A stretch of 64,000 bases of DNA. Source: an uncultured Thermoleophilia bacterium (GTDB lineage Bacteria > Actinomycetota > Thermoleophilia > UBA2241). The DNA is taken from assembly GCA_963702475.1 (NCBI GenBank), contig CAVPCT010000005.1:896001-960000 (forward strand), read 5' to 3'. The notes beneath the pieces were generated by a model. That model saw nothing but the letters and a program-made list of their open reading frames with translations, had not been told where the DNA came from and ran no database searches. A program made the position numbers and the translations under genes. Positions 21,318 to 31,632 of the stretch are shown here, in pieces; the stretch's first letter is position 1, and every line of letters starts with the position of its first letter.

Positions 21318-21553
21318 CTTCGCCGGGCAGAATGCCCCCAAGCCATACGACGGCAAGGACGGCTGCCCCCTCGGCCGTCGGGATGCGATCGCAGCACGGT
21401 GTGCCCCCACCGAGATCGCGTCCCACCTGCCCGGGCCTCTACCTCCTGAGCCCGGGAGCCGCTGGCCCCACATGGGCCGCGACGACTGCCCCCCAGTCGG
21501 CGCGGCCCATCCCCTGTTCTGGGCCGGCCCCCGAGAAGCCGCTTCGGCACAGG
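21318..21553 (+). ncRNA. candidate multi-hairpin sRNA with C-rich loops (6C-like)
   Basis: Four clear and two weaker consecutive stem-loops with loops CCCCCT, TGCCCC, TACCTCCT, CCCCC. Confidence 0.5.
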
Positions 21554-21653
21554 TCCCGCCCACCTCGGCTCCAGCCGTCTCTGCCGCACAGCCTGCGCGA
21601 ACACCTACGCGGCGCGCTCGGTGCTCTTGCCCGCCCCCGTCCCCGCACTCCCG

Positions 21654-22022
21654 TCACAGCCAGGCGCCGAGAGCGATCAGGACCGCGGAGACTGTGAAGA
21701 TGAGGGGGCAGAGGCGAAAGGGCAGGAATGCGATGCGGAAGCCGGTCGCAAGCGAGACGAGCGCCAGCACGAGCAGCGTGCCGATGGCGACGGCGTAGGC
21801 TGCCGAGGAGACCGACGCGGCCGGATCGACGGCGGTGACGACGGCGACAAGGGAGGCAAGCGACACCAGGGCTACGCCCTCAACGACCCACTCCATGGTG
21901 ATGATACGGCGGTTGTCCGCCGTGAGCTCGCCGAAGCCCGCGACGACGCCGCGCGTGGCGAACAGATGGGCGGCGCCCCAGAGGCCGGTCAAGGCGGCTG
22001 CAACGTAGAGCACTGCGTCCAT
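21654..22022 (-). CDS. small four-TM membrane protein
   Basis: RBS GGAGG; hydrophobic; WGAAHLF and MEWVVEG motifs. Confidence 0.75.
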   Translation of the reverse strand: MDAVLYVAAALTGLWGAAHLFATRGVVAGFGELTADNRRIITMEWVVEGVALVSLASLVAVVTAVDPAASVSSAAYAVAIGTLLVLALVSLATGFRIAFLPFRLCPLIFTVSAVLIALGAWL

Positions 22023-22314
22023 GCGGTCCTCCCTGCTCCACCTTGCCTACGAACACCGGCGGCCATGGTGCACCGGACTGGGTTCGGCAGTCTGGAGAAG
22101 GCCTCAGACAGCTGCCGGCTTTCCCAGACGACCCTATCATCGGGGTCGGACGAGCGGGATGGGTGAACGGCGGGAGTCGGGGAAGCTCTCATCACTCGCC
22201 TTCGTGGCGTGGCGCGTCCGTGCTCACTGCGTGCCCGCGCGTGATCGGCGCGACGAGGCGTCTTGTCAGCGCCCCACGCAACCGCCATCGCGCCTTGTGC
22301 CCGCGAGCCGCCCT

Positions 22315-25300
22315 TCACCAGTTCCAGGTGACGGGCGTGGCTGGGCCCAGCGTCACCTTCAGGGTCACCGGGCGCCAGTAGTGCCGGAGAAGCCAGCGCT
22401 GGGAATGTGGCCCCACTGGTACGTCACGAAGAGCGCTGGTCCTGAATCTGAGTACGCTCACGGCGACCACTTGCCCCGGTGTCGCGCTCCGCAAGAAGTC
22501 ATCTACGTCCTCGCGGTCGTACGTCGGCGTCCCGTCGAGCGCCAGCATGATGTCGCCGCCGACGCCGACCCACGAGCCGTCGTCCTGCACCCACGCACCG
22601 TCGACCTTCAGGAGCTGTCGAGCATCGCGAAGCCCGGCCTTGGCGGCTGGGCCGCCGGGCGCGAGACCCTCGAGGAGGATCCCTTGCCGGCCGCCCAGGC
22701 CGAACGACCTCGCCAGCTTCGTCCCAGTGACCTCAGGTGTCAGGTAGTCGATCCGGTCGATACCGAGCGTGACGGGCAGGTCGCTCCGTGCGGCGTTCTG
22801 GACGTTGTCGATCATCGCACGGTAGAGACTCGCGGCCACCGCGGTGCCCCGCCCCTCCGCGACTTCGTCGGGCTGCTGGTGACCATGTAGCAGACGCGTG
22901 ATCGCCCGCCCGTGAATATCGAACCGTCGGCGTTCACCACTGATGTGGTGCCGCCCTTTGCCGACACGACCGTACCGGTGGACGTCAGGATGATCCCCGA
23001 CTTCGGCAACCTGCTCAGGCAGACGACCCGGTCTCCCTTGCGGACCGATTCGGAGTCCCCATGGCCCATCGGCTGGAGGTCCGCCTTGCTGGGGTCTACC
23101 TTGATCAGCGTCCCGACGCCCGTCAATGAGAGCCTGTAGCCTGGCACGGTGCGGAAACTGCCGTCGCTGTAGATGCCGACCGTGACAGCCTCGGGTTCGA
23201 CGAGGACCGGCAGTCGACCCAGCAGCGCGTCGCTCGTGTAAATGAACCCGTCCTTGGAGGCGATCACGCCGGACTGGTGGATGGTCTTCCACACGATGCG
23301 GTGCTGCTTGTCGGCGACCCTCACCTTGGCGCTTATATCGACGATGCTGTCCCCGTACTTGTCGGCGATCTGCTGGGCGGTGAGCTGCACGGGACCCGAC
23401 GGCTCGTTCTGTGGCGTCGGCCTGAACGCCACCACGGCGAGCGCCGCGACCAGGGCGACGACGATGATGGCGGCCGCGGCGACAAGCAGCGGCGCGCGGC
23501 GCCTCAGGGTGCGCCGCGCCCTGCGACTGAGGAAGAAGCGGCGCTTGGGTCTGGCCGCCTCATCGGCGACCCGCTCGGCGCGGGCGAAGTGGGCCGCCGC
23601 CGCGGCCGAGTCCAGCGGGGCGGCGCGCCCGCCGGCGAGCGAGAGGTAGCGTTCGGTCGGTCCGGCGAGCTCGTCTTCTAAGTCGAAGAGGCCGGCGGCG
23701 CCGGCCATCTCCAGAGCGGTCCCATAGTGGAAGGCAAGCACCTCGGCTAGGTCCTCGGTGCGCCCGGCGGTGTGCTCCTCGAGCCACTTCGCCAGACGGG
23801 CGTGCTTGGTGGCCCGGTCGGCGTGCGTGAGCTGGGCGTAGGCCACGTCGCAGACCAGGGCGTGCACGAAGGCGAACTCCGTCTCGCCCTCCATGGAGGA
23901 GGCACGCTCCGGTCTGACGAGCTCCTTGGCCACCAGCTCGATGACGCCCTCGTAGACGGCAGCGGTCTCGCGCGCGCCGACGGCGGCCACCGCCCCCACC
24001 CATAAGGTACGACCGACGACCGCGGCGTCGGCGAGCAGCGCCTTGCGCTCGGCGCTGAGCAGATCGAGGCGGGCGGCGATCAGGGCACCGATCGAGTCCG
24101 GCAGCGGGACCTCGGCGCCGGGCTTGAGAGCGACCTTGCCGGAGCGCTCCTCGAGGAGGCCGCGGTCCTGCAGCAGCCTGACGAGCTCCTCGGCAAAGAG
24201 CGGGTTGCCGCCGCTGCGCTCGAGGATCAGGGCCTGCAGGTCGGTGGGCAGCGACTTGGCGCCGAGGCGGGCGCGGGCGAGCTCGGCGGTCTCCTCGCCG
24301 GAGAGCGGGCCGAGGGCAAGATGAGCGGCCGCTGCAACGAAGCTCGCGCCGGGGCCGGCGATCTCGAGCACCTCGGGTCGGGCGCTGGCCAGGACGAGGA
24401 GCGCGGCGGAGGCCTCGCTGCCGGCCAGGAAGTCCATGAAGGCCAGCATCGCCGCATCGGCCCAGTGCAGGTCCTCGACGACCAGCACCGCGGGCCCGGA
24501 TGAAGCGAGGCCCTCGAGGAACTGTCGCCAGGCGGCGAAGTTCTCCTCGCGGGAGGCCTCTTCCGCCTCAAGACCCAAGAGCGGGCGCAGGCGAGATCGG
24601 AGCCGGTCGCGGTCAGAGCCCTCGGGCAGGACTGTCTCGAGGCGTGCCTCGGCGCGGGCCACGCCGTCGCTCTCGAGCACGCCGGCCTCGGCGCGCACGA
24701 TCTCGCTGAGCGCCCAGAAGGTGACGCCGCTGCCGAAGGGCAGGCAGCGGCCCTGGCGCCAAGTGACCAGCCCGGGGAGGTCGTCGAGGCGGCGAGCGAA
24801 CTCGGCGAGCAGTCTGCTCTTGCCGATGCCGGGCTCGCCGACGATGAGGGCACAGCGGAGACGTCCGTCGGCGCCCGTCTCGTCGAGCAGGGCCTGCAAC
24901 TCGGCGAGCTCCTGCTCCCTGCCGACGAACTCGGAGCTGAAGCTGCGCAGCTCGGAGCCGGTGCGCGCCAGCGGCGCGGTCGCGATCCAGGCGCGCAGCG
25001 GCTCCTTCTTGCCCTTCACCGCGACCGGGTAGCAGGCGTCGAAGGCGAAGATCTTCTCCGTGGCGGCGTGGGTGACCTCGCCGACGGCGACGGCCATCGG
25101 CGGGGCGGCGCTCTGCAGGCGGGCCGCCGTGTTCACGGCGTCCCCGATGAGGAAGCCCTCGCCGCTCGCGGGGTCGACAGCGAGGCGCACGAGCACCTCG
25201 CCGGTGTTGATGCCGACCCTCACCTCGACCGCCTGGCCGGCGATGCCCGGCAGGGCGTCGACCTCGTCGACGATGCGCAGGCCGGCACGCACGGCGCGCT

Positions 25301-25598
25301 CGGGGTCGTCCTCGTGCACGGCCGGCACGCCGAAGACCGCGACCACGGCGTCGCCGATGAACTTCTCGACCGTGCCGCCGTACGACTCGACCGCCGTGCG
25401 GGCCACGGCGTAGTAGCGGCACAGGAAGCCGTCGACGAGCTCGGGGTCGTTCCGCTCGCTGAGGGCAGTGAAGCCGACGAGGTCGCAGAAGAGGGTCGTG
25501 ACGACGCGCCGCTCTTCCCCGCCCCGCGGCGCGGCGGGCGGGCTGTTTGAGCCCTCGGACGAAGACAGTGAGTCCCGGTCCATCCTCGGCTCCGTCAC
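22315..25598 (-). CDS. class III cyclase + STAND AAA ATPase + TM + trypsin-like (HtrA) + PDZ fusion, frameshift near 22860
   Basis: CDLVGFT, EKFIGDA, GEPGIGKS, VEDLHWAD; TM helix; HtrA-like SGVIASKDGFIYT and GDSESVRKGDRVV; PDZ-like GGPAAKAGL...GDIMLALDG. Confidence 0.8.
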
Positions 25599-25682
25599 CC
25601 GTGGAGTGAGTGGAGCGCCCGCAGTCTACGGCTCGGACAGGAGCCGCTGAAGCACCCCCCAACGCTCCGGGCAGGGTCGCAA

Positions 25683-25859
25683 CTAGGCGAACGGGCCCGG
25701 CGCGGGGTGGGGGATCTGCAACGGCGCAGTGACGATCGGGTACCTCCACACTGCGAAGGCCACCACGATGACGACCGCTACGAGAACGGCGACGAGGACG
25801 AGGATCCAGCTTGCCGGCACGTGCACGTGGTGGTGGAAGTATGTCATCTGCGCTGTCAT
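25683..25859 (-). CDS. small membrane peptide (MTAQMTYFHHHVHVPASWILVL...)
   Basis: RBS AAGGGGG; one TM helix; shared promoter motif upstream. Confidence 0.6.
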   Translation of the reverse strand: MTAQMTYFHHHVHVPASWILVLVAVLVAVVIVVAFAVWRYPIVTAPLQIPHPAPGPFA

Positions 25860-25884
25860 GGCGTCCCCCTTGGTCTCCGACTCG

Positions 25885-25930
25885 ACTCTACGAGGCGGCA
25901 CGGCCGGCGGCATCACCCCAAGCGGGTGAA
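25885..25930 (-). promoter_or_regulatory. palindromic activator site followed by -10 element
   Basis: Minus strand TTCACCCGCTTGGGGTGATG-N20-TAGAGT. Confidence 0.6.
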
Positions 25931-26495
25931 CCGCAGCGCAGGAGGGCGCGGCAGCGAGAGGTGATGGCCGACCAGGCCGCGGATCCGCGGAGCGGCGCTG
26001 CCTGTACGGGCGCATGACCAGAGCCAGAGGAGAGGAGTGCCCCGGATCCGCGCCGCTGACGATATAGGTCGTACCTCCGGCGGGGTCACGGATGCGTGTG
26101 CCTTGGGACCTAGACAGAGAGATTGCTGCCCAACCCACCTTGTCAGCACACGCCTACGAGCTGACACTCGGGCGGGAACCGAAAGACATCGCGCCTCGCC
26201 ATCACCGGCGTCGGCACCTTGATCTCGCCGAGCCGGCCGATCACCGACCAATCCGTCTACAGGTGCCTGGCGGCGAAGACCCAGGGCTCCCCCCGGCCCT
26301 CGCCCGCCGTTCGCGGAAGAGCTCGCGCGCCACGGGCAGGGAGAAGGGACGGCGATAATGGGCGGTACCGAACCCGAACCGTCAGGGCCGGGGCCTCTCC
26401 CAGGGCGCTGTCTGCCCGTTGAAGAAGTGCCGGGCCAGCTTCACCGTCCCCGGGCGATAGCCGCGCCTCGTGTATCGGCAGCATTCGCCCGCTGC

Positions 26496-29219
26496 TCAAG
26501 CGCTGAAGCCGGCGGGAACTGCGACCTCATCGCTCCTCTCCATGCAGCCGACGAACGCCTCCACGATCTCGGGGTCGAACTGGGTCCCCGAGCAAGCGTG
26601 CAGCTCGGCGATCGCCTCTTCACGCGAGAGTGCCTTTCGGTAAGGACGATTGCTCGTAATCGCCGAATACGTATCAGCCACGGCCATGATGCGACCGAGC
26701 AAAGGGATCGCGCTCCCGGCCAAGCCATGCGGGTACCCGTGACCGTCATAGCGCTCGTGGTGGGAGCCGACGGCGGCGCGGATCTCCTCGACGTCGGGGA
26801 TGGCCGCGATGATCCCCTCGGCGAGAGCAGGGTGCCCCTTGACGACCTCGTACTCAGCCTCCGAGAGGCTCCCGGGCTTGCGCAGGATGCGGTCGGGGAT
26901 GCCGATCTTGCCGACGTCATGGAGCAGGGCGGCGACACGCACGACCCGTTGGCTTTCCTCCGAGAGCCCGAGCGCTCTCGAGATCGCCAGGGCGTACACC
27001 GTGACCTCCTCACTGTGGCGGCGCGTGTAGCGGTCCTTGTTGTCGACCGCTGTCACAAGCGACTCGAACAGGCCAAACGTGCCGCCCTCGGCGTCGCGTC
27101 GAGCTCGCTCCTCGGCGTTGCCGGTGATCGCGTCACCGCCGCGACGCTTGGAGGCGTAGAGATTGGCGTCCGCAAGGGCGACCAGCCCGTTGGCGTCGGG
27201 TGCGTCCTCGGGGTAGGCGGCGATGCCGAAGCTGGCGCAGATCGGGATCCGCTCGCCCGCCGCCGTCACGTATGGTTTCTCCGCGAGGGCTGCGCGCAGG
27301 TCCTCTGCGAGGACCCCGGCCTGGGCAGCCGTGGTTTCGGGCAGCACCAGGAGGAACTCGTCGCCGCCGTAGCGGCTGACGACGTCGGAGGCGCGCGTCC
27401 GCTCGACCAGCAGCGTCGCCACTTTGCGTAGGACGGCGTCGCCGGCAGGATGTCCGTGGGTATCGTTGAGCAACTTGAAGTCGTCGAGGTCGAGCATGAC
27501 CAGGCTGCAATGGCCACCGTAGCGTTCGGCGCGGGCCTGCTCGAGAGCGAGGAACTCGTGGAGCTTGCGGTGGTTGGCAAGGCCGGTGAGGGAGTCGCTC
27601 TCGCTGAGATGACGCAGGCGGCGCAGCAGCTTGGCGGTGCGCACCGCCTCGCCGGCAAGCCCGGCCAGCGAGTTCGCAAGTGCCATCTCACCATCGGTGT
27701 ACTCGCGCTCGTGCTCCCTGTCCCAGAGATTCAGCAGGCCCATGGGCCCGTCGACCGACAGCATGGGCACGGTGAGGCAGCTCTTCTCCCCCCATTTCTC
27801 CAGGTCCGCCCGGCTGACCGGGTCGAGTTGCGGGTCGGCGAGGCGACCAAGATACGGGTGCCCTGACTCCAGCACGCCGCGGCTCATCGGATCCTCTGCC
27901 AGCGGCGAGGGCTCCCCCAGCCTGTCCCAGCCGCTCGGCGTCCTCTCCCACATCGCACGGGCGACCAGAGCGTCGTTGTCAGGATCGAGTTCGTAGGCCA
28001 CGCACTCCGAGACGCCGAACACTTCGCCGGCGCAGCGCGTGACGACCTTGAGCGCCTCCTCCATGCTCGCGGCCCTGGCCACCGCGCGGCTCGACTCGAA
28101 CAGTGACGCCAGCCTACGCGCGCGCTCTTCCTGCGCATGCATGACGTCGGCATCATGGAGAGCCATGGCGATGAGCCGGCAGACGGAGGCGACAGTGGAG
28201 ATCTGCTCGGGCGAGATCGTGCGCCCCGCGCGGGTCTCGCTGATCTCGACAAGGCCGATCACCTCGTCTCTTGCGACGAGCGGCACAATGAGCATCGCCT
28301 GCTCCCGCCAGCGGCGCATGACTGCCTGCTCGGCGGCGCCGAGGCGCGGATCTGCGGGCGAGGCGATGAAGACCGGCTCTCTCGTGCGCAGCGCCTCGAG
28401 GTCGACGGACCACACATCCTGCTGCGTGCACACGCGCAGCCACTCGGGGCAGGGCTTGGCGTCGAAGACGCTCGCCAGGCACACGAGGCTGCCGTCGTCC
28501 ATCAGGCGGTAGACGTCGCAGTCGGGCAGGTCCACGAGATCACTCAAGCGCAGCGCCATCGACGACCAAAGCGTCTCCGGATCGGCCGTGGAGGCAAGCT
28601 CGGCGCCGATGTCGTTCACCGCGGCGATCGCTCGACGTGACGCGAGCAGTGCTTCCAGTTCAGTCGCGCGCTGCTCGAGCGTGGCCGTGACGTCCCAGTC
28701 GTGGATCGATATGGCGATCAGCTGGCAGATCGACTCGGCCGTGGCCGTCTGGTCTCGCGTGATCGTATGGCCCTCACGGGTCTCGCCGAGCTCGACCAGG
28801 CCGATCGCTTCGTTCTTGACGACCAGGGGCACGACCGCGGTGGCCTGTGCGCTCCAGCTGAGCATCTGCGTGCGCTGCGACTCGTCGAGGCGCGGATCAT
28901 CGGGCGAGGAGATGAGCACGGGCCGACGCATGCGCAGCGCCTCCCGATCGGTCGCCCAGAGGGTCGACGTTGCCCGACCGCCCGGATGCTCGGCGCGCCA
29001 TTCGTCTTCGCGGACGCTGGCAATGCACACGAGGTCTTCATCCTCGCCGACCTGATACACGTCGCAGTTGGACACGTCCAGCAGTTGCGACAGCTTCAGG
29101 CTGGCGGCCCCCCAGAGCCGCTCCGGATCGCCGCCACCAGCGAGCTGCTCGATGATCTCACGCAGGGCGGTCAAGGCCTTCTCTGGAGCCGCAAGGTCCG
29201 GATCGTCCAGTCTCGTCAC
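26496..29219 (-). CDS. triple-GAF GGDEF / HD-GYP protein
   Basis: Three GAF-like repeats, RASD...RYGGDEF, LHDVGKI, HHERYDGHGYP. Confidence 0.92.
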   Translation of the reverse strand: MTRLDDPDLAAPEKALTALREIIEQLAGGGDPERLWGAASLKLSQLLDVSNCDVYQVGEDEDLVCIASVREDEWRAEHPGGRATSTLWATDREALRMRRPVLISSPDDPRLDESQRTQMLSWSAQATAVVPLVVKNEAIGLVELGETREGHTITRDQTATAESICQLIAISIHDWDVTATLEQRATELEALLASRRAIAAVNDIGAELASTADPETLWSSMALRLSDLVDLPDCDVYRLMDDGSLVCLASVFDAKPCPEWLRVCTQQDVWSVDLEALRTREPVFIASPADPRLGAAEQAVMRRWREQAMLIVPLVARDEVIGLVEISETRAGRTISPEQISTVASVCRLIAMALHDADVMHAQEERARRLASLFESSRAVARAASMEEALKVVTRCAGEVFGVSECVAYELDPDNDALVARAMWERTPSGWDRLGEPSPLAEDPMSRGVLESGHPYLGRLADPQLDPVSRADLEKWGEKSCLTVPMLSVDGPMGLLNLWDREHEREYTDGEMALANSLAGLAGEAVRTAKLLRRLRHLSESDSLTGLANHRKLHEFLALEQARAERYGGHCSLVMLDLDDFKLLNDTHGHPAGDAVLRKVATLLVERTRASDVVSRYGGDEFLLVLPETTAAQAGVLAEDLRAALAEKPYVTAAGERIPICASFGIAAYPEDAPDANGLVALADANLYASKRRGGDAITGNAEERARRDAEGGTFGLFESLVTAVDNKDRYTRRHSEEVTVYALAISRALGLSEESQRVVRVAALLHDVGKIGIPDRILRKPGSLSEAEYEVVKGHPALAEGIIAAIPDVEEIRAAVGSHHERYDGHGYPHGLAGSAIPLLGRIMAVADTYSAITSNRPYRKALSREEAIAELHACSGTQFDPEIVEAFVGCMERSDEVAVPAGFSA

Positions 29220-29873
29220 GTACCCCTCCCGCTCACGCGTACCAGCGCGATGACATATCGGCATCGACAGGCTCCGACTGAAGCGCGCATCGACGAGTGT
29301 TCTCGTCGAGCGCCGCGGTCAGCGTCGCCGCCAGCGTGCTCGACGGCTCGAACCAGCCGTCGCGGTCAGCCGACCCGCGTGGATGCCTTCGCGTGCGCGC
29401 GTGGGTGCTCCCTTCCGGCCGCGAGTCTCCAGGGATTCTCGAGACGGCGCCCGCACCGGATGAACCAGAACGCCGAGGTCCGCCTGCGACGGATCCTGAT
29501 CCAGGCCGACGGCGGCGGCGAAAGCGAAGGGGTCCAGGGCACGGGCGAGGTCAGGGGAGGGGCCGCCATGCCGTCGCCAGATGTAGACTCGCTGGGCAGG
29601 CTGCGCGACCACTTCGACATAGGCCCCTACTGCCGCACCTGCCGTGGCAAGGGTTACAGGCTGGTGAAGAAGGAGACCTAACCTCACCCTACGACCCCGG
29701 CTCCAGTCCCAGCAGGCGGCATCACCATGGCCATGCTCTCGACCATGCCGGCTCGCACTGCCGCGTGGCCAGCGATGCAACGGAGTCTCGTCAGCGACAT
29801 GTCGGCAGTCTTGCCGCTTCGGAAGGGGCTGCCGAACGGCCCAGGAGGAAGCTGCCCTCTGCCGCACGAAAGG

Positions 29874-29920
29874 TGGCGCCCCCGGCTGGAATCGTACCAG
29901 CGACACCAGGTTTAGGAAAC
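29874..29920 (-). repeat. att site: 3' half of tRNA-Arg(CCT)
   Basis: 47-bp match to 59302-59348, with T-stem variant GCTGG/CCAGC. Confidence 0.9.
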
Positions 29921-30443
29921 GCGGTGGGCGAAGGCACCGGGGACGAAGATACTGCGAAATGCTTCAGCGTTTCAGTACATGCAGTGTGGCAGAACATGGC
30001 TTTGTGCAGGACTTTCTTCAAGAAGAGGAGCCGACGGGTCGCGATTCGCGAAGCATTCTGGCGGTCTGCGGCACCGCCTGTGCACCAAATGAGGCCTTGA
30101 GCTGGGCAGGTCGGCGAGCTGCGAGCGGCACAGCAGCGGCATGACGTCGACGCCAGACTGGCCACACACAGTGGTCCACGCCAACGCTGCGGGTCAGCGC
30201 CCGCCTCTAGCCGCGGGGTAACGGAGCTCTGCGGCGAGTCACATGAGGCCCTGTCCGAGGCAGGAAGCGCGTGCAAGGACGGCGCTGAGTGTTCAGTATT
30301 GGGGCGGCGTCGACAGTCGTGCCTAGCCGTTGTCGCGTAGGCTGACTTGCGTAGCTCTGGGGCACGCCAACTTCCCCCGAGATCACCAGCAGGGACAAAC
30401 GGCGGTGAGGGCGTCTGAACGGTATCGCTGCTCTCCACACGAT

Positions 30444-31536
30444 CTAGTGTCCTGAGTCAGAGATCCGTTCGCAATAAGCAGCGAGCGTCTGCAGGATCTC
30501 GTCCGCGCTCTTGTGCCAGACGAAGGGGCGTGGGTCCTCGTTCCAGTCCTCGACCCAGCTGCGGATGGAGGCGACCAGCTCCTTGGTCGAGCGGTGCGAG
30601 CCGCGCCGCAGCCAGCGTTCGGTCAGTTCGGCGAACCAGCGCTCGACGAGGTTGAGCCAGGACGAGTAGGTGGGCGTGAAGTGGAAGCTGAAGCGTGGGT
30701 GACGGAGGAGCCAGCGCCGGATGGCGGGCGTCTTGTGGGTCGAGGAGTTGTCGACGATGACGTGCACGTCGAGGCCCTCGGGGACGCTCTTGTCGATGAG
30801 GTTCAGGAAGCGGCGGAACTCCTCGGCCCTATGACGTTCCGTGAGATCGCTGATCACGAGCCCCGAGGCGACGTCGAGGGCGGCGTAGAGGTTGGTCGTG
30901 CCGTGGCGGCGGTAGTCGTGGGTGGCCCTGGCCGGCGTCGTCGGCAGGAGCGGCAGGATCGGGGCAGTGCGCTCGAGCGCCTGGACCTGCGTCTTCTCGT
31001 CCACGCAGAGCACGACCGCGGCTTCCGGTGGGTTCAGGTAGAGCCCGACGATGTCCCTGACCTTCTCGATGAACAGCGGGTCGGTGGAGAGCTTGAAGGA
31101 CTCGAGCTGATGGGGCTTCAGGGCGAAGGCGCGCCAGATGCGGCTCACCGCGCTCTGGCTCATGCCGGTGGCCGCGGCCAGGCGCCGCGTCGACCAGTGG
31201 GTCGCGTCGCGCGGCGCCTCCTCGAGCGTCTTCACGAGCACGCGCTCCACGTCGGCGTCCGTGATCGTGCGCGGCTTCCCGGGGCGCGGCTCGTCGTGGA
31301 GGCCGTCGAGGCGCCGCTCGGCGAAACGCGCGCGCCACTTGCCGACCGTGGCCTGGTGCACGCCCTCGGCCGCCGCCACCTCCTGGTTGGTGAGCCCCTC
31401 GGCGCAGGCCAGGACGATGCGGCAGCGCAGGGCCAGCGCCTGCGCGCTCGTCGGGCCGGCGCGCCCAGCGCTCGAGGGTCTCGCGCTCCCCGCCAGTGAG
31501 CACGAGCTCGGCCATCGGTCGTCCCTTGCCAGCCAT
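30444..31536 (-). CDS. IS630 transposase (frameshift near 31455)
   Basis: CVDEK, DYRRHGT, VDNSSTHK, TPTYSSWLNLVERWF; stop codon lies inside the TIR. Confidence 0.92.
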
Positions 31537-31621
31537 GATCGCCTCCCATCATCGCAGCTTCTCGACGATGAGAGCACAGGCGGTGCTATAAATCAATCGA
31601 ACTTATGACTCAGGACACTAG
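30444..31621 (-). mobile_element. IS630 family insertion sequence
   Basis: Perfect 16-bp terminal inverted repeats CTAGTGTCCTGAGTCA (30444-30459 and 31606-31621), with CTAG at both ends. Confidence 0.95.
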
Positions 31622-31632
31622 GAGAGTGTGCC

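Noticed and set aside
29460-29681. Small ORF ending YCRTCRGKGYRLVKKET
   Set aside because: A single CxxCxGxG motif with an uncertain start is too weak to call
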